A stretch of 64,000 nt of DNA from Amoebophrya sp. A120. Lineage: Eukaryota > Protista > Dinoflagellata. Below are positions 48,601-60,000 of this stretch, one piece after another. Numbering within the stretch: the stretch's first letter is position 1; each line of letters begins with the position of its first letter. Under the pieces are notes generated by a model that searched no databases, had not been told where the DNA came from, and saw only the letters and a list, made by a program, of their open reading frames with translations. Position numbers and translations under genes: made by a program. Location of the stretch: the NCBI GenBank assembly GCA_905178155.1, contig CAJINV010000010.1, positions 3,058,587 through 3,122,586 of the forward strand, given 5' to 3'.

Positions 48601-51350
48601 ACCCTGTTTGGCTCTAGGTGATCGCTGTTTGGGCGCCGAGATAACGCGCTTCCCACCTCGTCCCGTTGATGTGGTAATCCCACTTCCGTGGAGTTCGACG
48701 GCTTTTCGTTCTTTGTTAGATTACTGGAGCTACTGCCTCCACTTCTGCCCGCGGACGTTGGGGTGGTGTGGAAGGAGCTACCGGTCTCTGCACAGCCCGA
48801 ACTTCCAATCGGCGAGCCCGGCGCAGACCTGTTTTTCTTCGTCGTGTAGTTGTATCCCGCTGTAGTTGCTCCTGCTCGTAGTTCTTGCTGTTGGTAATGC
48901 GAGCGCTGCGGGGGAGTGGTAACCAAACTCTGCACACGGCGTAATGCGCCTACTGTCCCTGTATTCTCTTTACAGGACTGTAAGCCTTTTATCGGCCCTA
49001 CTTCTCTTTCTTGGTGACGAGCTGCTTGAACGTTCTCACAACTCGCTTCTCCTTGCCCAACACAACCTCGGTAGCTCCGGGATCTGAGCGTCTTCACAAG
49101 GTCTTGCGTCGAAGTGCGCCGGCGAGTGGTAGTGCTAGCGGTGTTTGCGGTCTGTTGATTTCCCACTTGATGACGCCAATGTGACAAGTCGCGAGGACTT
49201 GCAGCAGCGCTTCTTTTCGTCTGATGGTCGGTTGCAACAGAGCAAGACGCTGGTGGAGGTGCTAGCCCTACTTGATTGTAGTTATCTGGGGGGTACGAAA
49301 AACCAGCGTCGTCTCTCTCTGTTAAGGGACAACGGTCTGCCCTACCGCGGTCGCTGAGATTCGGAGTTTGCTTCCGGCTTTCCTCCTGCTCGCCCGCCAA
49401 ACTGGGAGTTGTTTTAGCAGCGAACTTGAAGCTAGTTTTGCGCTCGGGCCGGGTGGTCTCGTCTCCGACGTTCGTTCTCGCCGTGGTACTGCTACTTCCA
49501 GCCCGACAAGACCGACCTTCGTCGTCGTCCTCGGGGTCTGAAAAATTGTCGTCGCGGTCGCTACGAACGCCCTGGACACGTCGACAAAAATCCCGCTCTA
49601 CCTCCGATTCCGCTACTAGGTCTTGCTCCTCCTCCTGGAATATGCAAGGTTGCAAAAGCTAGCATCGCATTGATTCGCACTACATGGCAATTGCATTTCC
49701 ACGTGGTCGGAGACCAAGGGCAGGCTGTCCCTGGACCTGGTGATGGTGTCCCTGCACTGCATTTACAAATTCTAAAACTCTTGCTACAGAAGTAGAAAAA
49801 AAGAAACACAGCCTGTAATTTGTTTCAAACAAGCACAAGTAGGACGAGATAACAATAAGGACGAACACCAGTTCTGTCCACATGCAAGATTGCAATTGGT
49901 AGCACAAAAAGCGCGATTATACTTTTTTAGAGGATATGCAACCGCAGCAAGGGATGGGGACTGCAGGCGTGACCGGGACGGCTAATAAGAGACGAGGACG
50001 AGGACACCGAATTGACAGGGTACAAAGAAGTTCCGCCGCTGATGTCCTGGTGGTGAATGAACCTGAGCTCTGCTGGCGTTTCGCAAAGCGTAGTGACGGT
50101 TTCGTCGTGCCTCGGAGTCTTTGCGGCTTTGTAATTCGAAAAGCTGAATCGGGAAGACCGTCGCGGAGAGGGGGCGTCGTGCTGGTGCGCGCTGTGCAGG
50201 AAGTTGAGCTTCAGCCCCGGAGTTTCCTCTTGGATCGATGCCCTTCCCTCTGGCACGGAGATGCTGATAGGTAGTAGTTTTTCTCCTCTGCTGGTGCTGC
50301 TTCTGGTGCTGACACGAGGGCCTTCAACCCTTTGCTGGAATCGTAGGTCCACCTGCAACGTCGAAAAGTCCTCTGAAGCGGATGAAGACGCGTGTGTGAC
50401 GCTCGTTGCGGTGGTGCTTGGGCCGTCGTCCGGAGATGAAAACTGCCCCGGCCTCTTGCTAGAAGTCGCCCTTTTGCAGCTTCTAGTTTGACCACTGCCA
50501 AACTGGAACTGGTGGCTGCTGATGTTCGAAAATTCGGCCTTGTTTCGATAAACCGAATTCCCGTCCTCACGCCGGCAATGCTGAGCCTTTGAATGTTGAT
50601 GCAGTCGATTTGTGATGTATGTTTTCTGGCTGACAAAAAAAAAAATCGGCGAAGGTGTCTTTTTTCTTGATACTGAAAGTTGATATCCGTATCTATTCCC
50701 GAACAACAATGTTGATTTTTTCAAAAAAAAAAAAAAACTGCGATGATCCTCAGCAAAAGCTCGAGCTGCTCAACATATAAAGCACTTTTCATTTAATGAT
50801 GAGGATGAGAATTCTACAAGAACGTTTTCAAGGCTAATTACCGATGAGTAAGCGTAGTTCTGGTCACCGTCACCAGCAGCATCCTTATTTGCTCTACTTC
50901 CCACGAACGACGTCGTACTACGACCCACCATGATACTTCTACTGGAGGAATTTTTACTTTTGAGAGATGTTGTTGTATCATGCTCAACGAGGATATTATT
51001 GTGGTTTTCTTGTTTTGGAAAATGATACTTTTGGAGTTGATCTGGACCACGATAGCACGACCCACTTAAGTTTTTTTTCACGTCAATATTTCTGCGGGTC
51101 GCGTCTGGGTCCACCGCATGATCCTCGGCATGATCATCTCGTCGCACATGATCGTGCTTTCGCGACTGCCGCACGGAAGTTGTAGTGGTGGTCGTGTGGT
51201 GGTCTGCTGGTGTTTCATCCGCGGTTTGAACACGCTTATCGGCTTCGGAAAAGTGCAGCTCCTGCGGTCCTGCATTTATTCTCGTCGCGCCGTCGTAGAA
51301 GTTCCGCAAGTGGTAGAATGATCCACCCGCTCCGGCTGAAGACATCTTCA
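42613..51350 (-). CDS. PHO80/cyclin-U(P)-type cyclin with very long low-complexity N-terminus; start uncertain
   Basis: Spliced C-terminus HFYIAGRPNLGIEQYVDRLRKYFHCSLECFVLAFIYIDR...NVHRLLLASLTVATKYWDDIYYSNGHYAKVGGVTTREIDNMEYQFLCLVNWRLFV; stop at 42613; upstream ORFs 45066-49655, 49927-50724, 50770-51498. Confidence 0.85.
42707..42879. mobile_element. Introner family B
   Basis: DR GGTAC/GGTAC. Confidence 0.9.
42993..43514. mobile_element. Introner family E enlarged by ~360-nt internal insertion
   Basis: Ends align with 3716-3865; DR CCAGC/CCAGC. Confidence 0.87.
43608..43823. mobile_element. Introner, B-like diverged
   Basis: TATCA...TGATA; DR CACGA/CACGA; removal gives ECFV|LAFIYIDR. Confidence 0.85.
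43894..44043. mobile_element. Introner family B
   Basis: DR GGTTT/GGTTT. Confidence 0.92.
44078..44264 (-). other. Canonical GT-AG intron in cyclin gene
   Basis: CAG|GTACTT...CCTCCAG|GCT, in frame NANQ|AAHFY. Confidence 0.7.
44389..44608. mobile_element. Introner family I (TIR TATGA...TGCACAACTCCC.CTCCCCTTCA)
   Basis: DR GCGGG/GCGGG. Confidence 0.9.
44747..44986. mobile_element. Introner family A, diverged
   Basis: DR CGCGG/TGCGG. Confidence 0.82.
45049..45206. mobile_element. Introner family B
   Basis: DR ATAGC/GTAGC. Confidence 0.83.
49641..49936. mobile_element. Introner family B-like, diverged and expanded
   Basis: TAT...ATA; DR TGGAA/TGCAA. Confidence 0.7.
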
Positions 51351-54047
51351 TCGTGATCGTCGGAGGTGGTCCGGATCTAGTTGTTGAACTGGGCAGCTCG
51401 CCGACTCGTACGTAGGGCTTTCCACGAGTCGAGTGGAAGCAAAACCGGAAATAAATCGCCGGTCGAATAAACTGTTGGTACTTTCGATACTGGCCCACGA
51501 CGAGGAGTCAAATGTATGGTTGACACGATGACCCGAACCGAATGTGATGAGCGACGACCCGAGTACGTAGTCCGTTGTGGCAACACAGCAAAATAAATAA
51601 AATCGACGTATAAAGAGATAGTACAAAGAAATACTAAATCGGCACGCGTCGTCGTGTGCACGCGCCGGTTGGTTCCTACTTAGAAGTGGTTTTCTATGCG
51701 GTCTTTGCCCGTGACGAGGGGGGCACACATATCAAAATCTTATACGTTTACGTAATAAGTGTTCACAATACTCAATCCGTTTGGATGGTAGTCTTCTACT
51801 TTTGTCGTGTCTTCAATAAGGCCAAAACTTCTCAAGAAGGATACCTGTCAGCTTTTTTTCTATACGTTTTGCTTCCTATCTTTGTCCCTTTTCGAGTTCG
51901 ACGACCCAAGACGATATTTCTATCGTGAGTGGCTACTAACGCAAAAAATTGATAAATGTGAAAAGAAGGCTACATACAACACGTAAAACAGGGGCAAATT
52001 CAACAGCAGTTAGTTGCCTACTGTTCGACGGACTATCGCATGTTTTGCTGTGCGAGGATGAGTTGTTTCTTGAGATTCAGTGCCTGTAGTGCTTTATCGA
52101 CTTTCCTAGTAACCTAGAAGACTTTAATATTGGGCCCAAACTTTTTGGGAAACAGCCTAGGAGTAGTACGTACTATAAGAGAAGTCGTACATCGTACTGG
52201 AGCGATACTGCTGGGAGGTTCATATCATAATTGTCCACGTAGTACAGTCCTCTAGGGCGCTGCTCCGGGTCCCATCCGATAATTATGACATGGGGCGGAT
52301 CCGATCTCTAACACATACACAAGACAATCAAGGGTAGATATTCATAAAGTCAAATGGAAGACACAGAAGAGTTGTCAAAATGGAAATGGTGAAGACCTCC
52401 TATGAAAAATTCAGGTGCGTGATCTCCTTCTCCATCAAGAAAAAGATCCATCAATACACGGCAAAATAACGGGCCTATCGTACGGGCGGCCTTTTATATG
52501 GTGAAAAGAAGTAGAACGAATCGCCACCGGCCGCTGCTCTTCTTTTCGATTTTGGGCTTGAAAGAAGTCTAAATCTAAAGGAAATTATAGATGATGATGA
52601 GCCACAACACCAATATCTACCAAAAACGTGAAGTTCTGCTAAATGACATATACAGAAGTGGTTTTGATAACCATAGATTTTTCGAGAGGAACGCAGACAG
52701 AGCGATGGCTCAACCACGATAAAAATGTAATACTTCTAGGAGATGCAAGTCTCCAACTAACACTACTTTCCCCCATCGACCTGTCGCTTCTTTTTGGCGT
52801 AAGAAAAAATCTCGATCTCCAGGCAGCTCAACATGGACCTCGTCGAATATATGAAAATCATGAAGTAGAGAGACCACTGCAGGGCCTCTCTTTATTTTCG
52901 TGTTGATGCGATACAACCGCTGCCGCTACGAAGGAATATCAACATCTACTCGTACTCCCGAAAAATGAAAGTGCAAATAAAAATGTGGTCCGCTATCTGC
53001 ATGATGCAGAAGCAAATGGATTCCAATCGAAATACACACACACACATAGTTCTGGCACTTCTACTAACTTACTATGAGATCTTCGGCAGTTCGGGAAATA
53101 TCAAGAAACTCAAAGCCGTCCTCTTGTGTACTAGCAGAAAAATAAAGCGAGATCTTTTGCTGCTTGCTGCGCTGCTTAATTGACTAAATCATGAGATCCT
53201 GCTGCTTACGTCGCAACATATGGTACTTAGCTCTACTTCATTGCTGCACTTCGTCTAAAACCGCAGTGATCTTCGTACCAGCAGAGCGCTTCGTCATTGA
53301 TCTTCTTCGTAGGATCACAAAGATACACAGCTACAAATGCAGATTGCAATGGATCTGTGCATGATGGGCATAGCAATAACATCACATCGATGGGTATGAT
53401 CAGCAGGTTGAAGATAGGATACGACATCAGACCACCGTTATCACCGCCACAAAATGTAGTTGAGAACGCGGCTCGGGCTCGCCTTCCAGTTTGAAGGGAG
53501 GTGCGGCGAATTATACGCCAGCAGTTGTAAAGTTTTGTATGTTCTTGTTGAACCTACTTCTCGTCGTGTTTCTGTTTCACATTCAGAAGTACTAAAGATT
53601 GAATCTTGTTCATATTCTCATGCACGTGGTGCTGTACTGGGCTTTTAGTTTTACTTTCGTCAAAAAGTCAAGATGATGCTAGAAATTATTTCCATCTACC
53701 ACTACTTCGTAGAAATTATCAGAAGATCTTCATCATGGAATGGGAACCACATGTAAACACTGTAAAAAGTCTTCAATGAAGAGGGCTACGTAGACTAGCA
53801 ATAGAACCTTCCTGTCCCTGTGGCTGTGCTCGACGTAAAATGAGTGGTATGGTGGATCATGATGATGTTCGTGTTGCTGTTGCAGCATAAGTACTTAAAG
53901 ACAGAAGATCTTCCCGGTGGTCAGTCCAAGGTTGCACCTAGAAGTTGTCCCAAAATTATCCTACACCGCCAGCACTATCATCATCTGTGACGAAGAGCAG
54001 CTACAGGTGTAGTAGCAGCAGTAGAACCACATCCACAGCACAACTCG

Positions 54048-57000
54048 TCACAACGTGCCCATGAGTAGATCCGCGTCCTCCATGCGGTCATCTCCGATGA
54101 AGACCAAATCAGCTTCGCTGTGATGATCTTCGCCCACCTCTTGATCACCGCCGACAGGATCCTCGTCGCCTCTGTTACGAAGAACCACCTGTCCAGCTGG
54201 TGCTGCACCAGGTGCAACTGCACTTCCATTTCCTCCTGCCGCCCCTCTACTTTGTAAAAGTCCACCATCATGATCGTCAACCACCGTCTGTGACTCCAGC
54301 CTTTCCAGCGCAAAACTTCTGGTCATTTCCGCCTCAATGTGGCTCAATTCGTCGGCCACTGCCAAGGCTTCCGCGGCTAAATTGTCCGCATCTGGATTGT
54401 TTAAAATCCTCGCTTCGCTGGACAGCGCCCGCGCCTCCCGCTGCAGCGCCCGGGCTTGCCGGTTTAGATTCGAAATCGTGGAGGGGACGGCGCGGCGAGC
54501 AGTACTACTTGTGGACGACCACGTTGAAGATGTTGACTGGCGTAGATCTCGATTTTGATTTTCAACAGAGGACGCAACCATTATTTCCGATGACTGATGA
54601 GATTCGCGCAGAAGCTGCAAGTCGTCTTCTTCATCTGCCTCTTGTTCTGGGCGCGTCGTCCTACCTCCATGAGGAACTTCTACCCGACCTGCTGCAACTT
54701 CCGTTGGCAACGGCAAGAACAAATCTACTTCACTACTTTCTTCCTCCTGCGGCCCACCGGGAAGTTCGAAGATTTGAAAAGACCTACCGTTCCTGGCGGA
54801 CGCCGTCGCGTTTCCACTCAGAGGCGTGGCCCCAGCATCGCCCGTGCTGGCAGGAATTGCTGCGGTGCTGTTGCTTCCGCCCGCCAGTAGAGGCGGCGCA
54901 GGCGGAGCGGCCGGGTCAAAGAGGGGACCGGTAGGTGGTCTGTTTGTTTCATCTCCTGCTGGTGCACCACTGGTTCCTCTTGCTGCAACATTGCCAGCAT
55001 CTGCTGTGGCCGTTTCCATTCTGCCGGCACCAGTTCCTTCTGCACCCGCTCCTCCTCCTACCGCTTCTGGTACCGCCGGCGCCGGGGGCAGACTGGCTTG
55101 CAACAAAGCCGGGATGTCTTCGTCACGCAGGCCCGCGTGCGCTGCGGCCGCCGCAATCCAGTGCAGGATGTCGGGCGGGAGCTGCTGCTCGGCGGTGGTA
55201 GCGCCTTCTTCCTCATCGGGGTCCTCTTCGGGAAACCCCAGTCGGTGGCGGTTGCCAGTCGCCGTGAACCGCTCGAAAAAGAAGGGAGTTGATGTACTAG
55301 GGGTGAAGGGGGAACAAGTTGAGGATGTTGAACCAGCCTCAACAGTGGTCGTGTGGAGATGGTGTTCGTCCGACAGCAGGCTCATCAGCGGCCCCACCAC
55401 GGAACTGGAGCTCACCGGTCGAGCGGGGGGCAGGAGCGGCGTCTGCTCGGTGGAGGGGGAGATGAGAAAGCTGTTTTGGTGCATGATTTGCGATTGCGAT
55501 TGTGCTTGGTGCTGGGAGGTGGACGCTGGCATGTTTACGGTGGCGGACGGTGTCGATGAATTGTTATTCCCCCCACCACCTCCAGCCGGAGTCACTGGCG
55601 CCGAGCCCGGACAGTTCGGGAGTTGCAATCTGGGCACTGTTCTGGAGTTGGTGTTCTCTGGGGCCGGTAGAAAAGAGTGCGTGCCCGGTGCACTACTGGA
55701 TGATGAACCAGGAGGTCCTGCTGCACCAGACATTGGCGTGGTCGAAGGCGCCGCTGCCAACGACATGCTGTGTGGCGGTGGTCCTCCCGTCGCCACTCCC
55801 GGCGTTCTGTTGTGGCTAGGGCTACTACTTGTTCCCAGAAGACCTCCAGCTGTATTGCTGTTCAGCAACGGAAATCCCAAATCTTCCGCCTTCACGTTCA
55901 ACATCGCCTGCGTGAACACTGAATGGACGTCCTCATGCACGACATTACACTTGTTCTTCTGAAACCAGTACCGGCCGCAGAAGGGTAGAATGTGCCGCCG
56001 CCAAATTTCTAACGGTAAAGCGAAGGACCGGACTTCTTTCGTCGATGGATCAGGTGCATTTGATGTTGAATTGCTGGTCATCATGTGCTGGTCGTCGTCC
56101 ACAAGACCACCGCCCCTACTGGTCGAGGACAAAAAAGCTCCACCTGCAAGAGTCCCGCTCGTTTTGCTTCTCGGTTCGCAGGAGAACACGATCGTTCGGA
56201 CCGCGTTTTTCGTTTCTATGGGGAACAAGTGGTGCCTCTTTTCAGTCCAAACGAACATGTCCGGGAGGTTGTCGATCCGGGGCCGTTTCTTCGGTTTCAA
56301 GTTCGCCAACTGCCGCAGCTGCTGTTGAGAAGAGCTGCTGTTCGTCGCGTTATTGTTGTTTGCACCACTGGAAGAGGAGGTTGAGGAGCCAGCCCCTCCT
56401 CCTGTCCGTGATCCTCCTGCTCCCGCCGTTGCTGAATTGTTATTCATCCCCGAAGCAGTAGCGGCTCCTGCGTTGTAATTGTTGTTCATCATGACCCCTC
56501 CAGCCGGGGCGTTGTTTATGATCCCCCGATTTGGATTGTGTGGTTGGTTGTTCACTCTATGCCGGCGATAGCGCGCTCTCTGGGCGAGGAATACCCGCTG
56601 GTGTTCCGCTTCACTGTCATAATCCTCACCGGGAGGATGGTGTTGCTGTGAAGTAGATGCGGCTCTTGTTTCTCCCGCTCCAGAAAACAAATTGGGATTG
56701 GAAAAGTTGTGTTGAAGTTGCTGTCTCTGTCTTGGTCCTCCAGTGAATATTTGATCATCGTCGTCCTCCTCGCCGTTTGTGAAAGTTGCGCTGGGTCTTG
56801 TCGTGTTCTCAGCAGCCGAAGATCTGCTTCCACCTGCTGTAGTTCTGCTCGTCGTGTCCAGCGGCCTCCGACCTGCACTAGCACCAGGACTTCTTGTCAG
56901 CGCTCCCGCACTTCTAGGACTTCTGTCTTGATTTCTGTTCCGGCTGTTCAAACTCGCCGCCCCGGGTATTCTGGCGTTTAAATCCATTCCCGGGAACATG

Positions 57001-60000
57001 GTGGAGGACAGAAACGGCATCCTCGATGCTTGAGCAGTTCCTCCATCACTCACACTACTTCCCGTCGCTCCAGTTTGCCTGTTCATATTGATCAGATCTA
57101 CATCGTCATCCCGGTTCCGCTGCAAAATTTCGCCCATTGTGGTGCTGCTCGACGCGGCGGAGGTTGCGACCGACAACCTGCGCTCGTCGTCCTCGTCGAA
57201 GAGCTCGTTGGCGGAGGAGTTATTTTGGCGGTCGTGGACAAGGGTCGTGACAGAGGGAGTGGCTGTATGTTGAGCGTGGTTGTCGGAGGTCGTGGGGACA
57301 AGAACATCATTCTCCTGAAGATGTTCCCTTGTTCGGCTTAAGTTTACCTCAACAGCGGCGGTAGTTTGGTGCTGCTCCTGCTGCGGTCGCCCCACCATTC
57401 CATCTTGTGTAGCGCCGGACCTGGAACTACTGGAGATGGAGGTCCTTGTGGCGGAACTTCTAGAAGGAGCTTCTGCTTGAGTCTGAGTCATCAAAATCGA
57501 TTTCCTACTGGGGGAATCCGGGATGGCGATAGACGAGCCAGCAGCCGTTTCAACCGGGATATCCAACATGTCTACGTCAGAGTCCTGCTCTACGAGGTCC
57601 TGATTCTCATTTTCGTTCCGTGGCTGCTCACCGTGTGAAGAAAAAGATGGCGCTGATCTACTTCCGGCAGCATTGGAGGGTGGTGCCGAACCAGCTGCAG
57701 CCGCAGTTGCCGAAAGCGAGAGCCTTTGAAAAAGCAGCCCCGCGCCAGGCGGGACGGATGCGTTTGTGGTGTTGCGGCTCGACGGCTGACGCAATGTTCT
57801 TGAGAGCTGTTGTTGTCGTCCACGCGGATGTTGTTGACCTATCTGCAGGTCCTCCTCCTCCCGTGCTTCTCTATCCGACAAAGACGACTGGTCCTCAACG
57901 ACCGTCCCCACAGCAGAAGCAAAGACGACCCGGGACGAGGTGCTGACCGAGCCACCAGGAGGGGGTTGTCCTGCTGAGGCCCGGGCACTGGCACCACGTG
58001 ATGATGTTCTGTACTGCGGTTGCGTGGCCTGGTACAGGTTTGCACCCCCGCCAGCTAGAATGGTACTAGTCGTGCTCGGTTCTTGTTGACAGGCTGCGTT
58101 AAGATTCTGTAGAGTTTGTTCTGCTTGCAAGTTGTCCATATCCAAATCCCCCGCCATTCGGTCAGCCTCGACAGCATCCGGGTCGCTTCTCCGCTGCAAT
58201 GCCATGTCTTCAAAGATGGTTGAGAAGTAGCCGGCGGGCGAGGCAACGGTGATGTTGTGGACAGAAGTGCTGCCGATCATTTGGTGATCCTCCTCTGGGT
58301 TCAACCTCCGTCTGGTTGCAGGAGCGTTCGCGTTGCTCACATCAGAAGTGCTGTTGTTTCCCGCCTGGTCTTGTTCCTGCTGTGTCTGTAGTTCCACCTC
58401 TTCTCTGGTCCTCCGGCGACCACGGGCTGGTGGATTTGGATTTTGTGTTGCAGCAGCAACAGAATTCGGATTCGAAATCATCAAAGGCGGAATATCCTCA
58501 ACACTCACCCTTTGTTCAACATCCGCATCCGGCAACATACTCGGCCTTAATCTCGGTGCGGGCGGTGGCGTCCCCGATCGCCGTCGCACGCCAGACACGA
58601 CAGGCGCTGGGAGCGGAACAACTGGAGGAATATTGACCACGTGGGCGTCTGACGATCTAACTGTAGAAGTTCTTGCCCGAGCTCCTGCTGCACCAGCACC
58701 TTCACGACCTTCTGAGGACATGACCGACTTGAGCGAAACGCCGCGGAATTTTGATGTGTTTGGTATCGGGCTGACCCCAAATTCGTCATCGTCTGGAACG
58801 GACATGCAGGCGGAGCTACATTCGGAATCGGAATTAGCAGGGTCGTGGTTGTTGCTGTCCACAGCCTTGGATGTTTTTCCCTCCTGCTGCATGACAGCCA
58901 CCTTTGATGATGTTCCTTTCGATGCGGATTTCTGTGGCGAATTTGAAGAACTCCCAACACCAGCTCCTGCGAGTTCTTTCTTCCTCCGCTGCTCCTCCTC
59001 ATCCTGATCCTCCTGGTCCATATCGTGGACGTACGAAGAGCCGGAGCTACTACACGAACTCGAACTGTAGACCGAAACCCGGTCCACGTCGCTGTCAACT
59101 ACATCAAGAGCAGCCGCATGTTGATCATCAGCTGGTCGTTCTTGTGCTCCTGCTGTACCTCCAGATGGAAAACTTCTATCTCGTCCACGCAGCACCAACA
59201 GGTCCACCATCTGACTCGGTTCGGCAGTTTCTCGAAGCTGGACCTCCATCGAGGATGACGTTGTAGGCACGGGCACTAACATCGAGGAGGATTGTAGTTC
59301 TTCTTGCTGATCATGTACTAAAAATTGCTCGGAATCTGAAACGACCATGTTCTCGTTGCCCGAAGACGCAGCAGCTTCACCGCCGGCTGAGGAATTGGAA
59401 GATGAGCTCGAGGAGGACTCGGGCGCAAACACCTGTTCCGTGATCGGCTGGATCGCGATACCCACGTCGGGGTGAGAAGTAGAGAGGAGTAGATTAATAT
59501 TGCCGTCAGAAGCAGCACCTCCACCTCCATCTGCGCTACTGATTCCGTTGTTCGCTGAGGAACTACTACTACCTCGTCTATCCTCCAGAACTACTTGCAA
59601 TCCGGTGACGATTTGCCGCCCGCCGGTGGATGAGGTAGGGACGGTGGTGCTTGCCGTGGAGGGGCGGAGAATGTTGGTGTTGGAGGAGGGGTTATTCAAG
59701 TTGCCGAAAATAACAGAGGCTGGAGCTCTTTGTTCCACCCTCGACGCTGGATTGTTATTGGTTGCGCTAGACGAAGATGTAGCAGAGGAAGACACGACTG
59801 GGGCAGACTCTTGTCCTCCTGCATTACCATTAGCAGATTGTAGTGACTGCTGCTGCTGCAAGTACGAGTGCATGTTGACGACGCCCGGGAACGACAACCC
59901 AGAAGAGGTGGCTGCATCTCCAGTTGCGGCTGATGAAAACACTAAGCCTTGCATTTCTGCACGTCTTGTTTCCGTTGAATCGCCAGGATTCAAATTACTA

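Noticed and set aside
51400-54000. Short ORFs between the cyclin and PCMTD-like genes
   Set aside because: No motifs, introners or coding-like composition; treated as intergenic/UTR.
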